Of a stretch of DNA of 64,000 bases, positions 1 through 13,695 are shown piece by piece. The notes beneath the pieces are model-generated. The model was not told where the DNA came from. It saw only the letters and a list, made by a program, of their open reading frames with translations, and ran no database searches. Numbering within the stretch: position 1 is the first letter of the stretch; each line of letters starts with the position of its first letter. A program made the position numbers and the translations under genes. The DNA is from Mobula birostris (taxonomy: Eukaryota), in the NCBI RefSeq assembly GCF_030028105.1, contig NC_092383.1:87129921-87193920 (forward strand). The letters run 5' to 3'.

Positions 1-160
1 CCCCTGCTGTGGACACTTTCTGGAGGTCCAAGATCCGTATGCTCCACGACCGCTGGACTAAGTGTGTAAATGTAGGAGGGGACTATGTTGAAAAATAATG
101 TGCTAGGTTTTTGTAAAATTGACTCCTTCTACCTTAGGCCACAAGCTTATCAATCCCTTA
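1..160 (+). mobile_element. Mariner transposon 3' end (transposase C-terminus and TIR region)
   Basis: Frame reads IRMLHDRWTKCVNVGGDYVEK* (stop about 97), the typical mariner C-terminal RW.KC...G.Y.E motif, followed by TIR-like sequence. Confidence 0.7.
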
Positions 161-744
161 TTCACACTCTTTGTCTCTTGTCAGTCAGACAATCTTCTAT
201 CCCTCCCAGAATCTTTCCAGTAATAATGTGGCTTCTTAACTCATTTCACAGCCTCGTGTGTGGCACCTTGTTAAATCCCTTCTAAAAATCCTAGTAAGCA
301 ACATGTACTGACTCTCCTTTGTCTATCCCATCTGATATTTCCTCAAAATTTTCTAACAGATTTACTAGGTAAGATTTTCCCAACTGGAAACCATATTTTA
401 TCATGCACCTCCATGCACCCCAAAACCTCATCCTTTATAATAGACTCCAACATCTTCCCAACCACTGAAGTCAGGCTAACTGGTCCATAATCCCCCTTCA
501 CTTACCTACCTCTTCTTAAAGAGTGGAGTGACATTACCAATTGTTCAGTCCTACAAAACCGTTCCAGAATCTAGTTATTCTTGAAAAATCACTACTGAAA
601 AATCACTACTGAGGACTTCCGGGTCATCAAGGGAATGGCGGCGTAAGGAAAAGTTCTCTCGACAAAAAAGAAGGTAAACTGCCCCAAAATCGAATTTAGA
701 CAAATACTTAATATTGCATAACTATATTAATAAAAGGGGCAAGG

Positions 745-1716
745 ATGATGTCTAAGAACAAGATTAAAAAGTCCGCTCCGAAGGCTGATAAACACAAAGA
801 GACGCAGCAAGGCGACGGGCCTAGCTCCCCCATGACAAGCCAGGACGGAGATAATGAGGGGGAAATAGGTGACTCTGTCTTTGATTCTCAGAGAGATTCG
901 CGAGTTCTGACAAGATAACAGCAAACAGCTGGAAGATATTAAAGGAGAAATAGTAAAAACTAATTCGAGGATAGATGAAGCCGAAGCGAGGATTGTTGGA
1001 ATTGAAGAGAAGCTACAAAACGCCGAGGAAGTGATAGCAGAAATGCTAAAGCTACAAGAGCAGCTCCAGTGGAAGCTAATAGACCAAGAAGGGAAAGTGT
1101 GAGGATCTACGGGGTTCCCGAAGGAACCGAAGGTAAACCTGGGTTGATGATTCCCTTCATGGAGGAGCTGCTTAGAGAGAACCTTGATATACCGGACGCA
1201 AGAGACCTACAGATAGAAAGGGCTCACCGCGCATTGGCACCACAGCCTCCGGCAGGCACCCAGCCCAGATCAATTCTGGTCAGATTTCTCAGTTACAGAA
1301 CGAAGGAAGAGGTGCTTAAACGGGCATTGCAAAAGAAAGGTTTCATGTGGAACAACTGTAAAATCAGCTTAGACCACAATTACGCACCGGGGATCCTTGC
1401 CAGACGAAAGGAATATGCGGAAACAGGGAGAGTCCTGAAGGAAAACATCAGATTTCAGACCCTGTATCCAGCTCGGCTGAGAGTCTTTTACGACGAAGGG
1501 ACAAAAACTTACGCTACGGTGGAGGAGGCAACGTTGGACCTGGCGGACCGGGGACTACCTATTAAAGTTATCACCCAACCGGAGTCGCTACTGGAGAGGA
1601 TTCGGCGGAAGTCGTGGCAGGCAGTGCGGCGAGGACGCTCCACAAGAACCAAAGTGTCAAACTACAAGGAAAAGCTGCAAATATTCAGACGCGAATATAC
1701 AGAGAATACAGATTAA
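745..1716 (+). pseudogene. L1 ORF1 (coiled coil and RNA-binding domain), disrupted
   Basis: ATG at 745, coiled-coil segment, then RIYGVPEG, LQIERAHR, PRSILVRF and LYPARLRV motifs. Frameshifts or stop near 880-1095. Confidence 0.85.
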
Positions 1717-2079
1717 TTAAGAGAAATGACTGAAAAGAGTAAATCGGACTTAAAGGTAAAATGAAAACTGGTAACTGAAAATAAACTAAACGGAATAACT
1801 TGAATGATAGCAATATGGTCGAGACATAAATAGGAGAAAATTCTCTATGATTATTCAAACTGCTGAGGGCCCTCTAACACAGGGTGAAGATAGAGGTTAT
1901 CCCTCTGAACTGAGGCAGGTCGGTGCTCAGGCCTCACTGTGGGAAGTCGGGAAAAATTTTCAAATGTTATACGTTCAAAAATGTCTAGGGTGTGGTTATA
2001 TGTCTTGGTTTACTGTTGAGAAGGGATTGCTTACTGTTTGTTTAGAAAAGGAGAGTGTTTTTTTTCCTACTAGAGAAAG

Positions 2080-5000
2080 ATGCAAACTGAATTGGTAAAA
2101 ATAATTTCCTATAATGTTAATGGGGTTTTGAATCCAATTAAAAGAAATAAGATTATGTCTAAATTGAAAAAAAGAGAGGGCACAAATAGCTTTCCTCCAG
2201 GAAACACATATGAGCCAATCTGAACATGGAAAATTAAAAAGAATGGGCTTTAAGCATGTATTTTATACATCATGTAAATTGAGTCAGAAAAGAGGGGTAG
2301 TTACTTTAATATCAAGTACTCTTAATTATGAACATATTTCAGAGACTAAAGACAAAGAAGGACGGTTTGTAAAAATTACTGGAAGAATAGAAGGTACAGA
2401 AATAACATTGCTGAATGTTTATGCTCCTCCAGGTTGTGAATGGTCATTTTATAGACACATTTTTGACCTAATGGTCAGTTCTCAAGGGGTAGTAATTTGT
2501 GGAGGGGATTTTAATATTAGATTAAATCCTGTATTAGACTCTTCAAGAATAGTTACTCAGAATAAACCCCTGACTCGGAAAATGAATTTATTGATGGAGG
2601 AGTTGGGAATTATAGATGTGTGGAGGGAATTACACCCCACTAGTAAAGATTATACACATTACTCTTTCTCTCATTCAGCCTATTCAAGGATAGACTATTT
2701 CTTTATCTTTAACACAGACAGACTCAGGATAAAAAACTGTAATATTGCAACAATTGATCTGTCGGATCATAGCCCAGTCTCTATGTCTCTAATCCTGGAA
2801 AGGAAAATGAGGAAAACACTATGGAGGCTAAACTCACATATACTCAATAACCCGAAAGTAATGGAGAGATTAAGGGGAGAAATCAAAGAATATCTAGACC
2901 TTAATGACATGGGAGAAACATCATCAGTGATCTTATGGGATACATTGAAAGCTGTACTGAGAGGGAAAATTATATCCATTACCACTCACATGAAAAAAAT
3001 CAATGCACAAAAATTAGCAGACCTTCAAGGAAAATTAAAGCAACTTCAAGTTGTAGATAGCAACAAAAGTAATTCAAATCTAAAACAGGAAATTAGGAAA
3101 TTGCAAAGTGAAATTGACGATATTTATACATTGGGAACTCAAAGAAATTTTCTTTACCTGAGACAAAAGAATTATGAAGTAGGAGGTAAATCAGCTAGAG
3201 TATTAGCATATAAATTACAAAAACAACAAGCAGACAATACAATTCATAAAATAAAGAATCCAAAGGCAAAGCTTGTGGAGAGTACAACAGGGAAAATTCA
3301 AGAGGTTTTGAAACATATTATCGAGAGCTGTACTCCCAACCCTGGGCGTACAATGAGCCCTATATAGACAGTTTATTGAATTTTTTTAGATCTACCTAAA
3401 CGTACAGATTTACAAAATGAAAGTTTATTAGAACCAGTAACTGTCAAAGAACTGAACGTGGCCACCTCTAGGTTAAAGGCTGGAAAGTCCCCGGGTTCTG
3501 ATGGGTTTACCTCAGAGTGGTACAAATCGCTGAAGTCACAGTTAGCCCCATTACTACTTAACACCTTTAATTGGATCCTGCAGAGAGGAGAAACTCCACC
3601 TTCCTGGAGAGAAGCGATTATTTCAGTTATTCCTAAAGAGGGTAAAGATAAACTAGAATGTGGCAATTATCGGCCAATTAGTGTTCTTAATTTAGATTGC
3701 AAACTATTTACATCTATATTAGCGCGTAGATTGGAAAAGCTTTTACCTGGCCTAATCCATTTAGACCAGACTGGATTTATTCAACAAAGACAAACACAGG
3801 ACAACATAAGGAGAACTCTACACATATTAGAACAGGTTAATAAGAACGAGACAGAGACAATAGTAGTAGGATTGGACGCTGAGAAAGCTTTTGATTCAGT
3901 TAGTTGGGCATTCCTATACAGAGTGTTAGGAAGATTCGGCTTTCAAGAAAAGTTTATTAAAGTAATTCAGACTCTATATGACAGCCCTACAGCCCGAATT
4001 AAGATAAATGGGGACCTCTGTGACTCCTTCATCTTAGAGAGAGGCACTAGACAGGGATGCCCAATTTCTCCTCTCCATTTTGCGCTATGTATTGAACTGC
4101 TTGCCCAACTAATAAGACAGAGCGAAAACGTAAAAGGTATCAAGGTGGCAGGGATTGAACAGAAAGTGGCGTTATTCGCAGATGATGTTTTGGTCTATCT
4201 GAGTGAACCAGAAAAATCATTTATAGGATTGTTTACACTGCTGGATGACTTTGGGAAAATATCAGGTTATAAAATAAATGTAAAGAAAACGCAGGTTATG
4301 TCCCTAAATTATACACCATCCAAAAAATTGCAGGATACATACGATCTTAAGTGGGAAGCTAAATCATTAAAATATTTAGGAATAACCCTACCTAAGGATC
4401 TTTCAACACTGTCACGGGTAAATTATGGGCCACTAATCTCAGAGATAAAAGCAGATATGCATAGATGGAATCTTATCCCCTTTTTAAGTTTAAATTCAAG
4501 GATAAATACTATAAAAATGAATATTCTTCCTCGGTTACTGTATCTTTTCCATACTTTACCTGTGGAGGTGGATGATAATCAATTCAGGGAATGGGACAAA
4601 TGGATTTCCGGCTTCATTTGGCAAGGAAAGAAACCTAGAATTCGATATAACACCTTACAGTTAGGGAAGGAAGGAGGAGGTATGGTTCTTCCTTGCTTGA
4701 GAAATTATTTTTATGCCTCACAGATAACCCCTCTGTTATATTGGTGTAATAGGGAATATAAGGCTAGATGGAAGGAAATAGAATTTGGATTAGTTGACAG
4801 TTTTCCTCTACAGGCCTCAATAGCTGCAAAGGATTGATGGCCCAACTGGAAAAATTTAAAAACAGTTGGATAAATCTTACATTAAAAGTATGGCAGAAGG
4901 TGGTTAATTCGTGTGGAATTAATAACATGTTAAAACACTTCAGTTGGTGTGCATATGACACCGAATTCCTTCCCAACAGAGGAGATAAAAGGTTTGAGCT

Positions 5001-5868
5001 ATGGATAAAGAAAGGTCTTACAACCTACCTCTCATTTATAGGTAAAAGAGTATTACAAAGTTTCCAAGTCCTGCAGGACAAACATGGCCTAGAACACAAT
5101 GACTTTTTTTAGGTACCTTCAAGTACGAAACTAGGTTAACCTGAGTTGTAGATATACAGACCTATCAACAGTAGAATTAGAATTTTTCAAGATTCTGAAT
5201 TCGGCTTGCAGTTCAATACCTAGTAAATAAGTTTCTCGATTATATAATGCACTCACCCATGCAAAAAATGTAAACACATTGTATATTAAAGAGAAGTGGG
5301 AGAAAGAAGCGGGGTTGGTACTTTCAGAGGAGGCTTGGGGGAAAATCTGCAGCTTTCAATGGTCCTCGACTAATTCTTTGACTTGGAGAGAACATTGTTG
5401 GAAAAATATTATAAGATACCTCAAGACCCCATATCAGGAAAAATATAAAGATACAAACGTGACGTGTTGGAGAAGGTGCAGCTCCAAGGAGGCAAATCAT
5501 TTTCATATTTTCTGGGATTGCCCTAAATTAAGTATATATTGGGAAGGTATTCATAGAACATTAGTTAAGGTACTTAGGTCCCAGATACCTCTGAACTTTG
5601 AGACGCTCTATTTGGGGCATGTATTGTTTCTTGAACAGAAGGAAGATATAAAGTTGCTGCAGGCCCTCTTAGCAGCAAGCAAGAAATTAATCACTAGAAA
5701 GTGGCTAAATCCAATACCACCTACATTAGAAGATTGGCACGAAATTATCTTGGAAATACTTAAAATGGAAAAGTTGACTTACTCCCTGAGAATTCAAAAA
5801 GAAAAATTTTATCGAATCTGGAATAAATGGAATGAATATATAACCCAATGCGAGCAGACTTTAGATGA
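2080..5868 (+). pseudogene. L1 ORF2 (endonuclease, RT, zinc knuckle) with several frameshifts and stops
   Basis: MQTELVKIISYNVNG, FLQETH, GGDFN, SRIDY, SDHSP; KSPGSDG, YRPISVLN, LDAEKAFDSV, GTRQGCPISP, LFADD; CWRRC..HIFWDC. Breaks near 2172, 3300-3370, 4834, 5110 and 5230. Confidence 0.92.
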
Positions 5869-6982
5869 CTCTCCTAATGATTTATACTGCTCTTCTCATC
5901 AACACAGTAATATTGCTAACATAAGCACCCCTAGTCTAAATGTCTACTGTTTTTTGTTTTCTTTTGGAAAATAGAGAATTAACACAAGTAAAGGAAAAGA
6001 TTTGGGAAAGGGATAAAAAATGATAAAATTAAGTAAATAAGTACATAGGGATTGGATAATTATGTCTGGGGGCAGGAGCAAGCATGAACAAATTAAGATA
6101 TAAACACCTACAATGGTTGTTACATAGGCTTACATACAACATTTTGGACCAGTAGAAATGGTCCAGAAGAGATATATGGAAACTATTATTACTATTTTTC
6201 TAATCAACTAATACCATTACTTAGCCTAATAGATTAGATTTACCACAGTACATAATTATCTATTTAAGTGTCTAATTTCCTTTTATATCATCTCAATGTG
6301 TACTTAAGAATGTATAAATAATTATAGTTTTATACATATAAAAAAATGGAAAAGGTTATATGTGTGAAAAAAGTGCATGATACTTGTGAATTCCTTATCC
6401 AAATAAAAATAAAATTTAAAAAAAAGAAAAATCACTACTAATGCCTCCACAATCTGTTCAAATACCTCTTTCAGGTGTGTCGTCTATCTGATCTAGGTGA
6501 CTTATCGACCTTCACACCTCTTAGCTGCCCAAGCATCTCACCTTAGTAATAGCAACTACACTCTCTTCTGCCCCCTGACATTGCTGAATTTCTGTCACAC
6601 TGCTTGTGTCTTCTTCAGTGACAAATACTGAATAAGTTTGTCCTACATTTCTTTGTCCCTCATTATTACCTCTTCAGTATCATTACCCAGTGATCTGATA
6701 TCCACTCTTGCTTTCCTTTTACTCTTCATATATCCGAAATTCTTTTGGTCTTCTCCTTTATATTATTAGCCAGTTTTCTTTCATATTTAATTTTTTCTGT
6801 CTTTATGGTTTTTCTTGCTGCCATCTGTTGTTTTTTAAAAGCTTCCTTAACACAAATTAAATTATATGTCCTTCCTTTTGTTTTTATGACAGTGTCACTG
6901 TCTCACAACTCAGCACCCATTCAAGCATCCTCAATGCAGGAGCTAGAAGCATGAATGGAATGCTCTCAATTCCCCTCCAGCG

Positions 6983-7042
6983 AAGGGATCCCTGGAGAGA
7001 CTCACAGGGCATAGACACTGAGCCCCCGAGATATCGAAACAT
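6983..7042 (-). pseudogene. Fragment of a third C2 Ig exon paralog
   Basis: Encodes LGGSVSMPCESLQGSL versus LGGLVLFSCESLQGSF in copy B. GGATCCCTGGAGAGACTCACAGG is shared with about 31222-31244. The left flank (6880-6970) matches 13005-13095. Confidence 0.75.
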
Positions 7043-7480
7043 ACAGCGAAATGCATCTGTTGTGTCAAATCAAATCAGTGAAGACTGTGCTGAGATTAGG
7101 CTGAGTTAAATTGGTGGGTTACTGGGCAGTGTGGCTCATTAGAACTAAAGAAACTGTTTTGTGTGGAATCTCCAAATAAATAAACACTGAGAACACGAGT
7201 TGTGGAGTCCTTGAAAGTGAGCCCTTAGGTTGTGTGTAGTGATCAGTTCAGTGTTGAGTGAGTGAAGTTATCCATGCTGATTCAGGAGCCTGATCTTGAA
7301 ACTACAGTCCGTCAGTTACTGAAACTTGTCACAGTAAAATGTGAATCCTCTCTTCTTCAATGGTGAAAGATATACAACTAAAATAAGCTTAAAACTGGTG
7401 TATAGGTAGTTGAAACTTAAACTTAATCAGTGTTGAAACTTGTGTAATAGTGACCTGCAACATTCATCCATATAAATAGT

Positions 7481-9588
7481 ACATAGAAACATAGAAAATA
7501 GGTGCAGGAGTAGGCCATTCGGCCCTTCGAGCCTGCACCGCCATTCAGTATGATCATGGCTGATCATCCAACTCAGAACCATGTACCAGCCTTCCCCCCA
7601 TACCCCCTGATCCCTTTAGCCACAACGGCCATATCTAACTCCCTCTTAAATATAGCCAATGAAGTGGCCTTAACTGTTTCCTGTGGCAGAGAATTCCACA
7701 GATTCACCACTCTCTGTGTGAAGAAGTTTTTCCTAATCTCGGTCCTAAAAGGCTTCCCCTTTATCTTCAAACTATGACGCCTCGTTCTGGACTTCCCCAA
7801 CATCGGGAACAGTCTTCCTGCATCTAGCCTGTCCAATCCCTTTAGGATTTTATATGTTTCAATAAGATCCCCCCTCAATCTTCTAAATTCCAATGAGTAC
7901 AAGCCCAGTTCATCCAGTCTTTCTTCATATGAAAGTCCTGCCATCCCAGGAATCAATCTGGTGAACCTTCTTTGTACTCCCTCTATGGCAAGGATGTCTT
8001 TCCTCAGATTAGGGGACCAAAACTGCACACAATACTCCAGGTGTGGTCTCACCAAGGCCTTGTGCAACTGCAGTAGTACCTCCCTGCTCCTGTACTCGAA
8101 TCCTCTTGCTATGAACGCCAGCATACCATTCGCCTTTTTCACAGCCTGCTGTACCTGCATGCCCACTTTCAATGACTTGTGTATAATGACACCCAGGTCT
8201 CGTTGCACCTCCCCTTTTCCTAATCGGACACAATTCAGATAATAATCTGTTTTCCTGTTTTTGCCACCAAAGTGGATAACCTCGCATTTATCCACATTAA
8301 ATTGCATCTGCCATGAATTTGCCCACTCACCTAACCTATCCAAGTCACCCTGCATCCTCTTAGCATCCTCCTCACAGCTAACACTGCCGCCCAGCTTCGT
8401 GTCATCCGCAAACTTGGAGATGCTGCATTTAATTCCCTCATCCAAGTCATTAATATATATTGTAAAAAACTGGGGTCGGAACACTGAGCCTTTTGGTACC
8501 CCACTAGTCACTGCCTGCCATTCTGAAAAGGTCCTGTTTATTCCCACTCTTTGCTTCCTGTCTGCCAACCAATTCTCTATCCACATCAATACCTTACCCC
8601 CAATACCGTGTGCTTTAAGTTTGCACACTAATCTCCTGTGTGGGACCTTGTCAAAAGCCTTTTGAAAATCCAAATATACCACATCCACTGGTTCTCCCCT
8701 ATCCACTCTACTAGTTACATCCTCAAAAAATTCTATGAGATTCGTCAGACACGATTTTCCTTTCACAATCCATGCTGACTTTGTCCGATGATTTCACCGC
8801 TTTCCAAATGTGCTGTTATCACATCTTTGATAACTAACTCTAGCATTTTCCCCACCACCGATATAAGGCTAACCGGTCTATAATTCCCCAGTTTCTCTCT
8901 CCCTCCTTTTTTAAAAAGTGGGGTTACATTAGCCACCCTCCAATCCTCAGGAACTAGTCCAGAATCTAAAGAGTTTTGAAAAATTATCACTAATGCATCC
9001 ACTATTTCTTGGGCTACTTCCTTAAGCACTCTTGGATGCAGACCATCTGGCCCTGGGGATTTATCTGCCTTTAATCCCTTCAATTTACCTAACACCACTT
9101 CCCTACTAACATGTATTTCCCTCAGTTCCTCCATCTCACTGGACCCTCTGTCCCCTACTATTTCCGGAAAATTATTTATGTCCTCCTTAGTGAAGACAGA
9201 ACCAAAGTAGTTATTCAATTGGTCTGCCATGTCCTTGCTCCCCGTAATCAATTCACCTGTTTCTGTCTGTAGGGGACCTACATTTGTCTTAACCAATCTT
9301 TTTCTTTTCACATATCTACAAAAGCTTTTACAGTCAGTTTTTATGTTCCCTGCCAGTTTTCTCTCATAATCTTTTTTCCCCTTCCTAATTAAGCCCTTTG
9401 TCCTCTTCTGCTGGACTCTGAATTTCTCCCAGTCCTCAGGTGAGCCATTTTCTCTGGCTAATTTGTACGCTTCTTCTTTGGAATTGATACTATCCTTAAT
9501 TTCCCTTGTCAGCCACGGGTGCATTACCTTCCTTGATTTATTCTTTTTGCCAAACTGGGATGAACAACTGTTGTAGTTCATCCATGCG
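7481..9588 (-). mobile_element. 5'-truncated CR1 LINE (subfamily 1), ORF2 RT and C-terminus with one frameshift near 8765
   Basis: ORFs 8763-9629 and 7573-8766 carry KSPGPDG, YRPVSL, YLDFQKAFDKVPH, KFADDTK and RPHLEYC. 3' tail (TTTCTATGT-type) at 7481-7500. Confidence 0.92.
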
Positions 9589-11925
9589 AACATAGAATAG
9601 TACAGCACAGTACAGACCGTTCGGCCCACAATGTTGTGCCAACCCTCATACCCTGCCTCCCATATAACCCCCCACCTTAAATTCCTCCATATACCTGTCC
9701 AGTAGTCTCTTAAATTTCACTAGTGTATCTGCCTCCACCACTGACTCAGGCAGTGCATTCCACGCACCAACCATGCTCTGAGTGAAAGACCTTCCTCTAA
9801 TATCCCCCTTGAACTTGTCACCCTTTACCTTAAAGCCATGTCCTCTTGTATTGAGCAGTGGTGCCCTGGGGAAGAAGCACTGGCTATCCACTCTATCTAT
9901 CCCCCTTATTATCTTGTATAACTCTATCAAGTCTCCTCTCATCCTCCTTCTCTCTAAAGAGTAAAGCCCTAGCTCCCTTAATCTCTGATCATAATGCATA
10001 CTTTCTAAACCAGGCAGCATCCTGGTAAATCTTCTCTGTACCCATTCCAATGCTTCCACATCCTTCCTATAGAGAGGCGACCAGAACTGGACACAGTACT
10101 CCAAGTGTGGCCGAACCAGAGTTTTATAGAGCTGCATCATTACCTCGCGACTCTCAAACTCTATCCTTTGACTTATAAAAGCTAACATGCCATAAGCTTT
10201 CTTAACTACCCTATCTACCTGTGAGGCAACTTTCAGGGATCTGTGGATATGTACCCCCAGATCCCTCTGCTCCTCCACACTACCAAGTATCCTGCCATTT
10301 ACTTTGTACTCTGCCTTGGATTTTGTCCTTCCAAAGTGTACCACCTCACACTTCTCTGGGTTGAACTCCATCTGCCACTTCTCAGCCCAATTTTGCAACC
10401 TATCAATGTCTCTCTGCAATCTTCTACAATCCTCTACAGTATCTACACCACCACCAACCTTTGTGTCATCTGCAAACTTGCCAACCCACCCTTCTACCCC
10501 CACATCCAGGTCGTTAATAAAAATCACGAAAAGTATATGTCCCAGAACTGATCCTTGTGGAACACCATTAGTCACAACCCTCCAATCAGAATGTATTTCC
10601 TCCACCATGACACTCTGCCTTTTGCAGGCAAGCCAATTCTGAATCCACCTGGCCAAACTTCCCTGGATCCCATGCCTTCTGACTTTCTGAATAAGCATAC
10701 CATCTGGAACCTTGTCAAATGCCTTACTAAAATCCATGTAGATTACATCCACTGCACTACCCTCATCTATCTGCCTGGTCACCTCCTCAAAGAACTCTAT
10801 CAGGCTTATTAGACATGATCTGCCCTTCACAATGCCATGCTGATTTTCCCTGATCAGACCATGATTCTCCAAATGCCCATAGATCCTATCTCTAAGAATC
10901 TTTTCCAACAGTTTTCCCACCACAGACATAAGGCTCACTGGTCTATAATTACCCGGACTATCACTACTAACTTTTTTGAACAAGGGGACAACATTCGCCT
11001 CGCTCCAATCCTCTCGTACCATTCCCGTGGAAAATGAGGACATAACGATCCTAGTCAGAGGCTTAGCAATCTCTTCCCTCGCCTTGTGGAGCAGCCTGGG
11101 GAATATTTTGTCAGATCCCGAGGACTTATCCGTCCTAATGTATTTTAACAACTCCAACACCTCCTCACCCTTAATATCAACATGCTCCAGAACATCAACC
11201 TCACTCATATTGTCCTCATCGTCATCAAGTGCCCTCTTATTGGTGAATACCGAAGAGAAGTATTCATTGAGGACCTCGCTCACTTCCACAGCCTCCAGGC
11301 ACATCTTCCCACCTTTATCTCTAATCGGCCCTACCTTCACTGTTGTCATCCTTTTGTTCTTCACATAATTAAAGAATGCCTTGGGGTTTTCCTTTACCCT
11401 ACTTGCCAAGGCCTTCTCGTGCACCCTTCTTGCTCTTCTCAGCCCCTTCTTAAGCTCCTTTCTTGCTACCCTGTATTCCTCAATAGACCCATCTGATCCT
11501 TGCTTCCTAAGTGTCATGTATGCTGCCTTCTTCCACCTGACTAGATTTTCCACCTCACTTGTCACCCATGGTTCTTTCACCCTACCATTCTTTATTTTCA
11601 TCAATTGGACAAATGTATCTCTAACATGCTGCAGGAGATCCCTAAACATTGACCACATGTCCATAGTATATTTCCCTGCAAAAACATTATCCCAATTCAC
11701 ACGCGCAAGTTCTAGCCTTATAGCCTCATAATTTGCCCTTCCCCAATTAAAAATTTTCCTGTCCTATCTGATTCTATCCTTTTCCATAATAATGCTAAAG
11801 CCCAGGGAGCAGTGGTCACTATCCCCCAGATGCTCACCCACTGAGAGATCTGTGACCTGACCTGGTTCATTACCTAATACTAGATCGAGTATGGCATTTC
11901 CCCTTGTCGGCCTGTCAACATACTG
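9589..11925 (-). mobile_element. 5'-truncated CR1 LINE (subfamily 2) with a 684-aa open ORF2 portion
   Basis: ORF 9646-11700 carries ENPKAFF, NYRPVSL, YMDFSKAFDKVP, GVPQGSVLG and KFADDTK. Tail TATTCTATGTT at about 9589-9599. Confidence 0.92.
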
Positions 11926-13323
11926 GCCTATGGTCTTATTTCTTCTCTCCCTTATCCACTGTATGAAGAAACTTATGTGATATCACAACATTATCTGACT
12001 ACAAAGAATCTTCTAATACTTCTAAAATTCTTATCATGCAGTGATGACTCTCACATTTCCGTATATCTCCCTTCATGTAGCAGCTCTGAGGCTAATTCTA
12101 TATCCACGGGTTACAGTTACATGTCAACTCTGCGAAAAGTAGTAACCTCTATTTGCAGATTCACACCCCGCTGACCATTGCAAACTGCATCAAGGCAATC
12201 ACTCATTTTGTTCAACACCCAACTTTTAATTCCATTGTTCATTCAACTTTAAGGCCTTTGAGTACTGTTTGCAAATATACTCAATTGCAATTAATTCCTA
12301 TTTTATGTTATTTAAATTGTTGCATCATTCTCAGAAGAGAAAATTAAATTTATTATTAAAGAACATATTGCATATGTCACAATATAAGACAATAAGACAA
12401 AGGAACAGAATTAGGCCATCTGGCTCATCGAGTCTACTCCACCATTCAATCATGATTGATCCTTTTTTAAATCTCCTCCTCAACCTCAGTTCTCAGCCTT
12501 CTCCTCGTAACCTTTGATGACATGTCCAATCAAGAACCTATCAGTCTCTGCCTTAAATACACCCAATGACCTGGCCTCCAAAGCTGCATGTGACAACAAC
12601 TTCACCACCCTTTTGATAAAGAAATTTCTCCACATCTCTTTTGAAAGGGCGCTCCTCTATCCTGAGGCTGTGCCCTCTTGTCCTAGACTCAACCACCATG
12701 GGAAACATCTTTTCCTTATCTACTACGGAGTGTTGTCTACAATTTCCCTTCCTTTGCCTCCCTCCCTTCATAAAGTGTGGAGTGGCATTTTCAGAGTCTG
12801 GTTATTTTTTAAAGATAACCACTAATGCCTGTACAATTTCTTCACTTACCTCTTTCAGAAACCTGGGTGTAGTCCATCTGATCCAGGTGACTTATGAGCA
12901 CCCCGAGGACCTTCTCCTTAGTAAAAGTAACCATACTAACTTCTGCCCCCTGACATTGCCGAATTTCTGTCATTCCCACTGATATTTGATATATTTTCCT
13001 TTAGTTTTAATGACAGTGTCAATGTCTCACAACTCAACACCTCTTCTAGGTTTTTCAAAGCTGAAGCCAGAAGTATGAATGAAATGCTCTCAATTTGTCT
13101 GGATGTGCAAGTCCAGCTACGTTTGAGATGCTGCGCATCTTCCAGGAGGAAGTGCCAGACTTAACTGTTCACTACACTTTATTTCTACCCCATGGAGGCT
13201 GCGATATGTAGCTTCTACAAATGCAAAGAAATTCATTACCCTCACTAGAAATGTAAGAGCAGCAGTAACAGAGTAACTAGAATAAATACTTAAATATATC
13301 CCCCCCTTAAAATTAGAACTTAC

Positions 13324-13644
13324 TGTTGCCGTTGATTTCTGTCGCATAACTGCAGATCTCTCCATTGCTGAAGACTGTCAAATTAACCACTGCACTGGAT
13401 CTTGCTCCATGCCAATTTGTGGCGCTGCAGTAATATCGTTGGTGCTGGTGGTTGAAGAATTTACAACATAGAGCCAGTTCATTTGTATCTGAGATCTTTG
13501 TTTGTCCAGATGAGGTTTGTTCATACCATCTGTACTGACTGGGATGCGATCCCTGAAAAGACTCACAGGAAAGTAACACTAAGCCCCTGAGACATGAAAC
13601 ATTTGCTAGTGATGGATATCGAACCACAGGAGCAGACACGGGTT
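13324..13644 (-). pseudogene. Ig C2-type exon, copy A (splice acceptor AG mutated to GG)
   Basis: EPVSAPVV..LSCES.QGS.P..Y.WY..RYYCSATN...S..VNLTV. 321 nt, phase 1/1, donor GTAAGT. Acceptor reads CCGCGG versus CCACAG in copy B. Confidence 0.85.
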
Positions 13645-13695
13645 CCGCGGAAAAGAATTCAACAATCAGAAACTGAATGAACAACTACAAATCAA

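Larger units (their letters stand above)
611..6425 (+). mobile_element. Full-length L1/Tx1-clade LINE with poly(A) tail and 14-bp TSD
   Basis: 5'UTR, ORF1, ORF2 (APE, RT, CCHC), 3'UTR and A-rich tail (about 6402-6425). TSD GAAAAATCACTACT at 597-610 and 6426-6439. Target TT|GAAAAA resembles the L1 endonuclease consensus. Confidence 0.93.
205..6880 (-). mobile_element. Old CR1 LINE fragment (about 205-596 and 6440-6880) split by the L1 insertion
   Basis: Antisense CR1 RT-region sequence on both sides of the L1. It reads continuously across the target site (gaaaaatcactact|aatgcctccac) and is homologous to the CR1 remnants at about 12770-13000 and 30460-30690. Confidence 0.7.

Noticed and set aside
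5279-5974. Extended C-terminus of L1 ORF2
   Set aside because: Read-through after a probable 1-bp deletion near 5846; the likely original stop is at 5866-5868.
7961-11731. Many plus-strand ORFs (93-134 aa) over the CR1 elements
   Set aside because: Antisense shadows of open CR1 ORF2 frames; no independent protein features.
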